Made by a program: the position numbers and the translations under genes. The notes beneath the pieces are model-generated. The model had not been told where the DNA came from and ran no database searches. It saw nothing but the letters and a program-made list of their open reading frames with translations. A stretch of DNA of 63,513 nucleotides, counting the filler, from Thermodesulfobacteriota bacterium (GTDB lineage: Bacteria; DASVDK01): the NCBI GenBank assembly GCA_036381125.1. It is 8 parts of 8 records of this genome, joined end to end, with 100 filler letters (N's around TTAATTAATTAA, not from the genome) between each part and the next. Parts side by side here need not be neighbours in the genome. Positions count along the whole stretch, not along the records: positions 1 to 16,544 come from DASVDK010000289.1; 7 more parts are not named here. One strand, written 5' to 3'. Shown here in pieces: positions 1-8,968 of this stretch. Each line of letters opens with the position of its first letter. The stretch's first letter is position 1.

Positions 1-1806
1 GCCCGGGCGCTGCACGAGGACCGGCACTGGCTACGCCTCGGTCACTACCGGCGAGGGCTGCTCTCCGGCTGGAAGAGCCAGGTCGACGGGCCGACCTTCT
101 TCCTCGCCCCCGACGGCCGGACGAACCCCGAGGCGGAGCTCACGGCGACGATCGCGGCCTTCTTCGAGCCGGTCGGCGCCGACCCGAACGCGCACCCCCA
201 GTGCCGGTTCCCGGGCCGCTACCGCTGGCTCCGGTCGGCGCTCGGGCTCGACCCGTCGCGCCTGCCGGCGCCCACCTGCTCGCGGTTCGAGGCGTTCCGG
301 GCAACCCTGGCCCCGCGTTCGGCGACGCTCGTCTTCTCGTCCTACTACCTCAACAACCCGTCGTCCGCCTTCGGCCACACGTTCCTTCGGATCAACAAGT
401 CGCCGCACGGCGCCGGCGCGCGGCGTCTCGACCTGCTCGACTACGGCATCGAGTACGCGGCGACCGTCGACACCAACAACGCCCTCGTGTACGCGTTCAA
501 GGGGCTCTCCGGCGGCTTCAAGGGACAGTGGACCTACTGGCCCTACTACTACAAGGTGCGCCTCTACAACGACTTCGAGAAGCGCGACCTCTGGGAGTAC
601 GACCTCGACCTCACGCCCGAGCAGCTCGAGATGGTCGTCGCGCACGTCTGGGAGCTCGGGGCGTCCTGGTTCGATTACTACTACCTCTCCGAGAACTGCT
701 CCTATCACATCCTGACGTTGCTCGAGGCGGCCGACCCGTCGCTCGAGCTGACGGAGCACCTGCCGTGGTGGGTGATCCCGGCCGACACGGTGAAGGCGCT
801 CTTCGAGAGCCCCGGGCTGGTCCGGGAGGTGCGGTACCGTCCCTCGATCTGGACGCAGTTCGAGCGGCGGGCCGCGCGTCTCGGCCCGGCCGAGATCCGT
901 CTGGTGGAGCGGGTCGTCGAGGACCCCGGCGCGCCGATGCCGCCGGAGATGGCCCCCGAACGGCGGGCCGCGGTCCTCGACGCGGCGCTCGACCTGGTCG
1001 ACGCCCGCTACGCGCGGCCGCTGCTCGCGAACGAGCCGGGGGCGACGCACAGGAAGCAGATCCTCCTCGAGCGCCGCAGCGAGGTCCCCGCCGACGGCCC
1101 CAACCCGACGTTCGCGCCGCCGCTGGACCGGATGCCGAGCGCCGGGCACGACTCCATCCGCCTCGGCGCCTCGGCCGGCTACTCCGACCGGCTCGGCTTC
1201 TTCCAGCGCCTCGACTTCCGGTTCGCCCTGCACGATCTCACCGACCCGAGCGACGGCTACCCCGACCACGCGCAGATCGAGTTCGGGGCGACGCGGCTAC
1301 GGTACAACGCCGATCCCGACACGCTCTGGCTCGAGGAGCTGGCCCTCGTGCGCGTCGCGTCGCTGTCGCCGATCACGCGGTTCGGCCGCGACCCCTCGTG
1401 GAAGTTCTCCGTCGGGGCCGAGACGGTCCGCGACGAGAGCTGCCGCGACTGCCTGGCCGGCGGCTTCGATGTCGGCGCCGGCTACGCGGTCCCGCTCCCC
1501 GGCCTCCCGGCGGCCACCGCGTTCCTCACGGCGGACGCCGAGGCGCTCGTATCGGGCGAGTTCGTCGATCGGGCGTTCCGCTTCGGCATCGGGCCGACGG
1601 GCGGCCTCCACGCCCGGCTGGGCGACCGGGTGTCGCTGCTGGCGACCGGGTCGTGGCGCTACCTGGTCGACTTCGACCCCGGGCGGACGTACGAGTACAC
1701 GATCACCGCGAAGGTGCACCTCACGCGCCGGCTCTCGCTCGGGCTCGAAGGCTCGAAGGTGCCGGACGCCTGGGAGGGGGCGCTCGGCGCGTACCTCTAC
1801 TTCTGA
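1..1806 (+). CDS. DUF4105-domain (Lnb-like) protein with probable C-terminal outer-membrane beta-barrel; 5' truncated
   Basis: Frame is open from base 1. Motifs QCRFPGRY, NNPSSAFGHTFLR, RDLWEYDL and YYYLSENCSYHIL. The C-terminus has alternating beta-strand character and ends in F. Confidence 0.8.
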   Translation, partial: ARALHEDRHWLRLGHYRRGLLSGWKSQVDGPTFFLAPDGRTNPEAELTATIAAFFEPVGADPNAHPQCRFPGRYRWLRSALGLDPSRLPAPTCSRFEAFRATLAPRSATLVFSSYYLNNPSSAFGHTFLRINKSPHGAGARRLDLLDYGIEYAATVDTNNALVYAFKGLSGGFKGQWTYWPYYYKVRLYNDFEKRDLWEYDLDLTPEQLEMVVAHVWELGASWFDYYYLSENCSYHILTLLEAADPSLELTEHLPWWVIPADTVKALFESPGLVREVRYRPSIWTQFERRAARLGPAEIRLVERVVEDPGAPMPPEMAPERRAAVLDAALDLVDARYARPLLANEPGATHRKQILLERRSEVPADGPNPTFAPPLDRMPSAGHDSIRLGASAGYSDRLGFFQRLDFRFALHDLTDPSDGYPDHAQIEFGATRLRYNADPDTLWLEELALVRVASLSPITRFGRDPSWKFSVGAETVRDESCRDCLAGGFDVGAGYAVPLPGLPAATAFLTADAEALVSGEFVDRAFRFGIGPTGGLHARLGDRVSLLATGSWRYLVDFDPGRTYEYTITAKVHLTRRLSLGLEGSKVPDAWEGALGAYLYF

Positions 1807-1871
1807 CCCGAGGGGCGCAGGCGTCTGCCCCGTTGCAAGACAAGGCGTCCATCTGGTAGCCTTCCCTGGCC

Positions 1872-2108
1872 ATGACCAGCGCGCAGACCGAGTTCGAGGG
1901 GCTCCTCGCCCGAATCGCCGACCTCTCGCACATCCCCGTCGAGGTGCTCGCGGAGGACCTCGACGCGCTCGGCCGCCGCGCCCTGGAAGAGCCGCGGCCC
2001 TCCCTGGCGCTCTCCCGGTACATGCTCGAGCAGCAGCCCCGCCTCAAGGGGTGCACCGAGCAGGTGTGGCGCGCGGCCGACCTGTGGGTCGCCGCGGCTC
2101 GCCGGTAG
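1872..2108 (+). CDS. hypothetical protein (78 aa)
   Basis: ATG start, GC3-rich codon usage, preceded by a TTGCAA-N18-TAGCCT promoter-like sequence. Confidence 0.55.
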   Translation: MTSAQTEFEGLLARIADLSHIPVEVLAEDLDALGRRALEEPRPSLALSRYMLEQQPRLKGCTEQVWRAADLWVAAARR

Positions 2109-2115
2109 GCCGCCC

Positions 2116-2538
2116 ATGCTCGGGCCCATACTACGGGGGTGGGGGGACTTCGGCCCCCTCGTGATCCGCCTCGCGCTGGGGGCGGTCTTCATCGGCCACG
2201 GGGCGCAGAAGCTCTTCGGCGTCTGGGGCGGGCCTGGTCTTCAGGGGGTGACCGGGATGCTCGCCTCGATGGGCTTCCAGCCGCCCTATCTCTGGGCGCT
2301 GGCCCTCTCCCTGGTGGAGTTCGTCGGGGGCGTCCTGGTCTTCGTCGGCCTCTTCACGCGGTACGCGGCGCTGGCCCTCGCCGTGGACATGGCGGTCGCC
2401 CTTCTGCGCGTCCACTGGGGCAGCTTCTTCCTGCCGAGCGGCATGGAGTTCGCGCTGATGCTCTTCGCCGCGGCGGTGTCGCTTGCCCTCACCGGAGGCC
2501 GCGCCCTCTCGATCGACCGGGCGGCGCGCCGAGACTAG
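2116..2538 (+). CDS. DoxX family membrane protein
   Basis: RLALGAVFIGHGAQKLFG...EFVGG...GLFTR; four hydrophobic segments. Confidence 0.9.
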   Translation: MLGPILRGWGDFGPLVIRLALGAVFIGHGAQKLFGVWGGPGLQGVTGMLASMGFQPPYLWALALSLVEFVGGVLVFVGLFTRYAALALAVDMAVALLRVHWGSFFLPSGMEFALMLFAAAVSLALTGGRALSIDRAARRD

Positions 2539-2777
2539 CCCAGCCCCCCCTTGCGCACCCGCTCCTCCGGCACGCCGGGCACCCCGGCGGCGTCGCTGTC
2601 GGCATGCGGGGTACCCTCGAGCGGCTCGGGCACCGGGCCTCCTGCCACGTCCGCCGGGCCGATCGGCCCCTGCGAGGCCGGCTCCACGTCGCGGGCCACC
2701 CGTTCCCGCACCCGCCTCGCCTCCTCGTGCTCCGCGCGGTCGATCTCCTCGTGGGCCTCGCGCCTGCGATCGGTCAT
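2535..2777 (-). CDS. hypothetical small protein (80 aa)
   Basis: ATG preceded by GAGGAGG; stop overlaps the DoxX stop. Confidence 0.55.
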   Translation of the reverse strand: MTDRRREAHEEIDRAEHEEARRVRERVARDVEPASQGPIGPADVAGGPVPEPLEGTPHADSDAAGVPGVPEERVRKGGLG

Positions 2778-2854
2778 GTGCGCCTCCTCGGCGGCGCCGA
2801 TGCAAGAGCCGGGCGCAGCCCCGGGCGCCCATTCCGGGCCAGCGGCCGGCGACC

Positions 2855-2955
2855 GGGGTCAGGTCTTTCCGTTTTCCAGTCGGGAAAAAGTAGAGGCCTG
2901 ACCCCATGGAAAATGGAAAGACCTGACCCCATGGAAAATGGAAAGACCTGACCCC
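2855..2955. repeat. Cluster of 24-bp TGGAAAATGGAAAGACCTGACCCC repeats (one inverted plus three tandem copies, 25-bp period)
   Basis: Inverted copy at 2855-2878, degenerate copy at 2882-2905, exact copies at 2907-2930 and 2932-2955. Confidence 0.9.
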
Positions 2956-2958
2956 CGG

Positions 2959-4407
2959 TTAGAGCTTGACGCAGACGTTCTTCACCTGGGTGAACGTGAG
3001 GAGCGCCTCGAGCCCCTTCTCGCGGCCGAACCCGCTCTTCTTGTAGCCGCCGAAGGGGAGCTCCACGCCGCCGCCGGCGCCGTAGGTGTTCACGTAGACC
3101 TGCCCCACCTTGAGCCGGTGGGCGAGGCGGTGCGCCTTGCTCACGTCGCGTGTCCAGATCGCGGCGACGAGGCCGTACTCCGTCGAGTTCGCGAGGGCGG
3201 CGGCCTCCTCGACGTCGTCGAACGGGAGCACCGCCAGGACCGGCCCGAAGACCTCCTCGCGGGCGATCCGCATGTCCGGCTTCACGCGGTCGACGAGGGT
3301 CGGCTGCACGAAGTGCCCCGTGGCGAGCCGGGGATCCGAGGGACGGCCCCCACCCGTCACGACCTCGGCCCCTTCCTTCCGGGCAACGTCCAGGTAGCCC
3401 ATCACCCGGCCGAGCTGCCCCTCGGAGATGACCGGCCCGAGGTCGGGGTCTTCCAGACCGGGGCCGATCCGCACCTCGCGCATCCGCGCCGCCACGCGCT
3501 CGACCCACTCGCCGTGGACGCCGCGCTCGACGAGGAGCCGCGAGCCGGCCGAGCAGGTCTGCCCCGCGTTCTGGATGATGGAGTTGACGATCACGGGCAC
3601 GGCCGCCTGCGGGTCGGCGTCGGCGAGGACGATGTTCGGCGACTTGCCGCCCAGCTCGAGCGTCACCGGCTTGATGTTCCGGGCGGCCGCCTGCATGACG
3701 AGCGATCCGACCTCGACCGAGCCGGTGAAGGCCACGTGGTCCACGTCCGGGTGCGACGACAGGGGGGCTCCCGCCTCCTCCCCGAAGCCGGTGACGACGT
3801 TCAGGACACCGGGCGGCAGCCCCGCCTCGAGGGCGATCGCGCCGAGGCGCAGCGCCGTGAGCGGCGTCTCCTCGGCCGGCTTGGTGACGACGGCGTTGCC
3901 GGCGGCCAGCGCGGGCGCGATGCCGCGGGCGCCGATCTGGATGGGGTAGTTCCAGGGGATGATCTGCGCGCACACGCCCCACGGCTCGCGCAGCGTGTAG
4001 TCGAGGAAGCCCTCGCCGAGCGGGATGACCTGGCCGAGGATCTTGTCGGCCGCGCCCGCGTAGAACTCGAAGTACCGGGCGGCGACCTCCACGTCGGTCC
4101 TGGCCTGGCGCAGCGGCTTGCCGGTGTCGAGCGTCTCGAGCCGGGCCAGCTCGTCCGCCCGCGACCGTATGCCGGCGGCGATGCGCAGGAGGATGCGACC
4201 CCGCTCGGCCGGGGTCGTCTCCCGCCACGCGCGCCCCTCGAAGGCGCGGCGGGCCGCGGCGACGGCGCGCTCCACGTCGGCCGTCCGCCCCCGCGGAACC
4301 ACCCCCACGACCTCGCCGGTCGCCGGGTCGCGCGACTCGAACGTCTCGCGCGACTCCGCCTCCACCCACTCGCCGCCGATCAGCATCCGCTCGTGCGTCG
4401 CAGCCAT
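2959..4407 (-). CDS. aldehyde dehydrogenase family protein
   Basis: IIPWNYP, FTGS, LELGGKSP, NAGQTCSA, EEVFGPV, PFGGYKKSG; RBS AAGGAGG before MAATHER. Confidence 0.95.
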   Translation of the reverse strand: MAATHERMLIGGEWVEAESRETFESRDPATGEVVGVVPRGRTADVERAVAAARRAFEGRAWRETTPAERGRILLRIAAGIRSRADELARLETLDTGKPLRQARTDVEVAARYFEFYAGAADKILGQVIPLGEGFLDYTLREPWGVCAQIIPWNYPIQIGARGIAPALAAGNAVVTKPAEETPLTALRLGAIALEAGLPPGVLNVVTGFGEEAGAPLSSHPDVDHVAFTGSVEVGSLVMQAAARNIKPVTLELGGKSPNIVLADADPQAAVPVIVNSIIQNAGQTCSAGSRLLVERGVHGEWVERVAARMREVRIGPGLEDPDLGPVISEGQLGRVMGYLDVARKEGAEVVTGGGRPSDPRLATGHFVQPTLVDRVKPDMRIAREEVFGPVLAVLPFDDVEEAAALANSTEYGLVAAIWTRDVSKAHRLAHRLKVGQVYVNTYGAGGGVELPFGGYKKSGFGREKGLEALLTFTQVKNVCVKL

Positions 4408-4446
4408 GCAGCCGCCTCCTTCCCGACGCGCTATCCTGCTCGCGCC

Positions 4447-4953
4447 ATGAGCCAGCCGACCCTCGTCATCCGGGACGCCAGCCCGGCCGACATTCCCGGG
4501 ATCATCGCCATACGGAACCAGGGGATCGAGGATCGCCACGCGACCCTCGACACCGAGCCGTACACCGTCGCCGAGGGACGCGCCTGGTTCGAGGCCCACG
4601 ACGCCCGCCACCCCGTCCTCGTGGCCGTGGACGCCGAGACCGGAGCCATGGCCGGCTGGGCCTCCCTGAACGTCTTCAATCCCCGTCCAGGGTACCGCCT
4701 CGTCGCCGAACTCTCCGTCTACGTGGAACGGGCCTCGCGTGCGCGGGGGGTCGGCTCCCAGCTCCTCGAGGCGCTGCTCGCGCGCGCCCGGGCGCTCGAG
4801 TACCACAAGGTGGTCCTGACGGCCATGGCCCACAACACCGCCGGCCGCGCGCTCTACGCCCGGTTCGGCTTCCGCGAGGTCGGCATCTTCAAGGAGCAGG
4901 GGCTCGTCGACGGCCGCTGGGTCGACACGGTCATCATGGAAAAGATCCTGTGA
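4447..4953 (+). CDS. GNAT N-acetyltransferase, phosphinothricin/arsinothricin (ArsN1-like) type
   Basis: NQGIEDRHATL, GWASLNVF, SVYVERASRARGVGS, GFREVG...QGLVDGRWVD. Confidence 0.85.
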   Translation: MSQPTLVIRDASPADIPGIIAIRNQGIEDRHATLDTEPYTVAEGRAWFEAHDARHPVLVAVDAETGAMAGWASLNVFNPRPGYRLVAELSVYVERASRARGVGSQLLEALLARARALEYHKVVLTAMAHNTAGRALYARFGFREVGIFKEQGLVDGRWVDTVIMEKIL

Positions 4954-4971
4954 CCCTGGTAGGATCGCGGC

Positions 4972-5193
4972 GTGTCCATCCCGTTCGTGCGACTCGACGC
5001 CATCCCGTGCCTGGCCTGCGCCATGCCGATCCTCCTCAAGGCACGCCCGCTGTCGCCGCAGACCATCCCCTGCCCCAACTGTCACGCGAAGGTCGAGGTG
5101 CAGGCGGTGCCGGCGGCCGACGGCTCGCGCACGATAATCCGCTGGCGCCGGGCCGGTGACCCCATCTGGCAGGAGCGCGAGGTGGACCACTAG
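4972..5193 (+). CDS. small zinc-ribbon-like protein
   Basis: Two CxxC pairs (CLAC, CPNC); follows the GNAT gene by 18 bp. Confidence 0.55.
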   Translation: MSIPFVRLDAIPCLACAMPILLKARPLSPQTIPCPNCHAKVEVQAVPAADGSRTIIRWRRAGDPIWQEREVDH

Positions 5194-5226
5194 GGGCCGG
5201 GTCCGTACGCGGCCCGTCCCGCCGCC

Positions 5227-5850
5227 CTACAACGTCCGGGCGAGGACGAACGCCGCGAAGCCGAGGATCACGAGCCCCGAGATGCGGTTCACCCCCACGA
5301 GCCAGCGACGGTCGAGCTTGCCGTGGAGCAGGCTCACGGCGCCGCTGAGCGTGAGCCACCAGAGCGCCGATCCGGCGAAGACCCCGACGACGAGCACGGC
5401 GGACTCGACGTAGGTCACCTCGGCATCCGCGAGCCCGAGCGCGGCGAAGATCCCGACGAACGCCAGGATGGTGAGCGGGTTCGCCAGCGTGAGCAGGAAG
5501 GTCGACGCCCACGCGCTGACAAGCCCCCTCCGGCTCACCGGCACGGGCGCCAGCGTCGGCGGCTCGGCCAGCATCATGCGGGCCCCGAGATAGGCCAGGA
5601 ACGCGGCGCCGGCGAGGCGCAGCCAGCCCTGCCGGGCAAGCAGGAGGTCCATGACGGCGGTGAGGCCGAACGCGGCGACGAACCCGTAGAGGGCATCGGC
5701 CGCCGCCGCCCCGAGCCCGGTGGCGAGGCCGACCAGACGGCCCTGGGCGAGCGTCCGCTGAATGCAGAGGAGCCCGATCGGGCCCACGGGCGCCGCGATG
5801 GCGAAGCCGATGACGAGGCCGCGCAGCAGGTATCCCGCGTCGACCATCAT
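5227..5850 (-). CDS. LysE family translocator
   Basis: GFAIAAPVGPIGLLCIQRTL, TFLLTLANPLTIL; ATGA overlap with the upstream Lrp gene. Confidence 0.92.
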   Translation of the reverse strand: MMVDAGYLLRGLVIGFAIAAPVGPIGLLCIQRTLAQGRLVGLATGLGAAAADALYGFVAAFGLTAVMDLLLARQGWLRLAGAAFLAYLGARMMLAEPPTLAPVPVSRRGLVSAWASTFLLTLANPLTILAFVGIFAALGLADAEVTYVESAVLVVGVFAGSALWWLTLSGAVSLLHGKLDRRWLVGVNRISGLVILGFAAFVLARTL

Positions 5851-6329
5851 CGCGGCGCGTCCGCCGTAGCGGCCTCGCCGTCGCCCACCGGGACCTCCGT
5901 CGTCTCCTTGGGGGTCGAGAGCACGACGACGGTCTGCGTCCGGATGACTCCCGGCAGCGACTTCAGCGTGTCGGCGAGCAGCGCCTCGAGGTGGGCCGTG
6001 TCCCGGACGCGGACCTTGAGGAGGTAGGAGTAGTCGCCCGTCACGTGATGGCACTCCTGGATCTCGGGCGTCTGCGCAACTCGCGCCAGGAACGCGGCCT
6101 CGTGTTCCGGCCGGTCGACGAGCACCTGGACGAACCCGCAGAGCCGCAACCCGAGGGCCGGCGGGTCGACCACCGCGACGAACGCGCGGAGCACACCCCT
6201 GGCGGCGAGCTTCTTGAGCCGCTCGTTGACGGCCGACACCGACAGCCCCACGCGGGCGCCGAGGTCCCCGTACGAGAGTCGGCTGTCCCGCTGGAGCAAG
6301 GCCAGGAGCTGTCGATCGATCGCGTCCAT
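5847..6329 (-). CDS. Lrp/AsnC family transcriptional regulator
   Basis: MDAIDRQLLALLQRDSRLSY HTH; ECHHVTGDYSYLLKV. Confidence 0.95.
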   Translation of the reverse strand: MDAIDRQLLALLQRDSRLSYGDLGARVGLSVSAVNERLKKLAARGVLRAFVAVVDPPALGLRLCGFVQVLVDRPEHEAAFLARVAQTPEIQECHHVTGDYSYLLKVRVRDTAHLEALLADTLKSLPGVIRTQTVVVLSTPKETTEVPVGDGEAATADAPR

Positions 6330-6436
6330 GATCGGAATTCATCCCGCCAGAGCGACGAGTTCCCGCAAATCTTACTGTGCATCAGCCTCGTCGCAAGCAG
6401 ATACTGGGAGGCGCGGGCCTGTTGGCCCGGTGCCCC

Positions 6437-6814
6437 CTAGCGGGCGCCGGCGAGCCAGTAGGCGGAGGCAACGAGGAGGGCGATGCCGGTGACGACCAGG
6501 GCGAGTCTCGCGCGCGGCGGGAAGGGGGAGCGGTCGCCGAGGGGGCCGGGCGCGGCGCGGTGCCGGGGCGTCAGCCGGGGCCGCTCGGCGCGCAGCGCGC
6601 GGGCCGCGGCCACGAGGACCGGCGCCTCGGGTCGCCGTCGGAGGGTCCCGCGGGCCGTCTCCACGTCCGGGTCGTCGCCGCGCCCGTCGGGCCAGAGGCT
6701 CAGCGCCTGGTCGGGGCTGAGCCGGCCGCTCGCGACCGACTCGAGGAGGGCGGCGGCCCGCTGCCGGGCCGACATGATGACGCTCTCGATCCCCCGTCCC
6801 TCCCCGGCGCGCAT
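6437..6814 (-). CDS. hypothetical protein with C-terminal transmembrane helix (start uncertain)
   Basis: ORF with C-terminal hydrophobic segment LALVVTGIALLVASAYWLA. Confidence 0.4.
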   Translation of the reverse strand: MRAGEGRGIESVIMSARQRAAALLESVASGRLSPDQALSLWPDGRGDDPDVETARGTLRRRPEAPVLVAAARALRAERPRLTPRHRAAPGPLGDRSPFPPRARLALVVTGIALLVASAYWLAGAR

Positions 6815-7016
6815 GATCGCCCTCCGACACGTTCCGCGCGCTCGCGAACCATGCAAGCTTCGGGCCGCACGGCCACGCAGCAAGCGGCTCCCCGCCTCCC
6901 GGTCCGCGCGACGGGCACTTGGAGATGCGCGTGCGCCGGCGCGGGCCGGGCGGCCCCGGTCCCGATCGGGCGACGTGACGCGCAGCGGCTTCCGGCCGTG
7001 CCGCTGCGCGTCTCCG

Positions 7017-7045
7017 TTGCCCGGCTCCTTCCGATCCGGTAAGCT
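7017..7045 (+). promoter_or_regulatory. putative sigma70-type promoter of the ABC/ureohydrolase operon
   Basis: TTGCCC-N17-TAAGCT, about 85 bp upstream of the ATG at 7130. Confidence 0.45.
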
Positions 7046-7129
7046 ACCGACTTCGTGAGGTAATCACGTCGTCGACCACGCGCGCGCGGCGAGCGGCCGC
7101 CGGGCCGTCCATCGCGCGGGAGGTGACCC

Positions 7130-8119
7130 ATGGTCCTCAGGCTCCTCGCCGTCGCCCTCGCGGTCGCCGTGACCGCCGGCCTCGCCCTCGCCCGGTCCGC
7201 CGACGCGGCACCGCTCCGGATCGGGTACTCCACCTGGGTCGGCTACGGCCCGCTCTTCCTCGCGCGCGACCTCGGCTACTTCAAGGAGGCGGGCGTCGAG
7301 GTGGAGATGGTCCTCGTCGAGGACCCGAAGGTTCGCTTCACCGCGCTCGCCGCCGGGCAACTCGACGGCCTCGTGTCGACCGTCGACACGCTGGTCCTCT
7401 ACCTCAAGCAGGGCAACGAGTACCAGCACGTGCTCGCCCTCGACGACTCCTCGGGCGGCGACGGCCTCGTCGCGAACAGGGCGATCGCCGACGTGAAGGG
7501 GCTCGCGGGCAAGAAGGTGGCCCTCGTCGAGGGCTCCGTGTCGCACTTCTTCCTCGCGGTGCTCCTCAGGCGGAGCGGCCTCGGCCTCCGGGACGTGCAG
7601 ATCGTCAACGTCGACTCGGCCGGCAACGCCGCCACGGCGTTCATCGCGAAGCAGGTGGACGGTGCGGTCACCTGGGAGCCGCACCTGACGCGGGCGAAGA
7701 CGACGGCGCACGGCCACGAGCTGGTCAGCTCCGCGAAGACGCCGGGCCTCATCACCGACACGCTGATCTTCCGGCGCAGCGTGATCGAGGCGCGCGGCCG
7801 GGAGATCCAGGCGATCGCGAAGGCGTGGGACCGCGCCGTCGCGTACTGGAAGGAGAGGCCCGACGACGCCAACGCGAAGATGTCGGCCGCCCTCGGCTCG
7901 TGGCTCAAGGACCCGAAGGTCTTCGCCGAGACGCTGACGGGCATCAGGTACTACACCTTCGCCGACAACCAGCGCTTCTTCGGGACGCCGGAGAGGCCGG
8001 GACCGATCCTCGACACCGCCCGCAACTCCGTCGAGATCTGGGGCGAACTCGGCAAGCTGCCGGGGAAGCCGGATCCGAAGGGGACGCTGAGCTGGGTGGC
8101 GGTGACCGGCGCCAGATGA
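7130..8119 (+). CDS. NitT/TauT (SsuA/NMT1-like) ABC substrate-binding protein
   Basis: Signal peptide; IGYSTWVGYGPLFLARDLGYF, DDSSGGDG, AVTWEPH; RBS GGAGG. Confidence 0.9.
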   Translation: MVLRLLAVALAVAVTAGLALARSADAAPLRIGYSTWVGYGPLFLARDLGYFKEAGVEVEMVLVEDPKVRFTALAAGQLDGLVSTVDTLVLYLKQGNEYQHVLALDDSSGGDGLVANRAIADVKGLAGKKVALVEGSVSHFFLAVLLRRSGLGLRDVQIVNVDSAGNAATAFIAKQVDGAVTWEPHLTRAKTTAHGHELVSSAKTPGLITDTLIFRRSVIEARGREIQAIAKAWDRAVAYWKERPDDANAKMSAALGSWLKDPKVFAETLTGIRYYTFADNQRFFGTPERPGPILDTARNSVEIWGELGKLPGKPDPKGTLSWVAVTGAR

Positions 8120-8134
8120 CCGCCCGTCCCGGCC

Positions 8135-8968
8135 GTGCCGGCTGAGGCGATGCCGCAGCCGGCGGTGCCCGTGTCCAGAGGGACATCCCTCTTCGCGCCG
8201 AAGGAGCCGATCCCGCGCCGGGCGGCCCTCGGCGCGATGCTCGTGCTGCCGGCCGTGCTCGGCGCGGCGTGGGTCGTGCTCGCCTACAGCGGCGCCGTCG
8301 ACCCCATCTTCCTGCCGACCCCGGGCGACGTCGCCCGCGCGGCGGCGGCGATGGCGGCCGACGGCAGCCTCGGCCGCGACATCGCCGCCTCGGTCGCCGT
8401 CATCCTCACCGGGTTCGCCGTGGCGTCGGTCCTCGCCGTGCCGCTCGGGATCCTCATGGGCTCGATGCGGATCGTCGAGGCGTTCCTCTCCCCGGTCGTG
8501 GAGTTCGTCCGCTACCTGCCGGTCTCGGCGCTGATCCCGCTCCTCATCCTCTGGATCGGCATCGACTTCCCCACGCGCGTGGCCATCATCTTCATCGGGA
8601 CCTTCTTCCAGCAGGTGCTCCTCGTCGCGGACGTCTCCGCGCACGTCGCCAAGGAGCTGCTCGACGTGGGCTACACGCTCGGCGCCACGCGCAGGCAGGT
8701 CGTCACGCGCGTCCTCGCGCCGGCGACCCTGCCGGGCGTCATGGACGCCCTGCGCATCACGCTCGGCTGGGCCTGGACCTACCTCGTGGTCGCGGAGCTG
8801 CTCGCCGCCAACAAGGGGCTGGGCTACCTGATCCTCTCGTCCATGCGCGGCCTCTTCACCGACCGGATCTTCGTCGGGATCCTCACGATCGGCCTGCTCG
8901 GCCTCGCCTCCGACCAGCTCTTCAAGCAGCTCCACCGGACGCTCCTGCCGTGGTCACCCAAGGCCTGA
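8135..8968 (+). CDS. NitT/TauT ABC permease (alternative start 8150)
   Basis: FLPTPGDV, RYLPVSALIPLLILWIGI, EAA-like loop ELLDVGYTLGA, GWAWTYLVVAELLAA. Confidence 0.92.
   Translation: MPAEAMPQPAVPVSRGTSLFAPKEPIPRRAALGAMLVLPAVLGAAWVVLAYSGAVDPIFLPTPGDVARAAAAMAADGSLGRDIAASVAVILTGFAVASVLAVPLGILMGSMRIVEAFLSPVVEFVRYLPVSALIPLLILWIGIDFPTRVAIIFIGTFFQQVLLVADVSAHVAKELLDVGYTLGATRRQVVTRVLAPATLPGVMDALRITLGWAWTYLVVAELLAANKGLGYLILSSMRGLFTDRIFVGILTIGLLGLASDQLFKQLHRTLLPWSPKA

Noticed and set aside
6880-7129. Guanidine riboswitch or sigma54 promoter ahead of the ABC-ureohydrolase operon
   Set aside because: No ykkC, mini-ykkC (ACGR loops) or guanidine-III consensus is seen. The GG/GC spacing in GGGCACTTGGAGATGC is off by one. 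Only a generic hairpin (about 6968-7022) is present. An Rfam scan would settle it.
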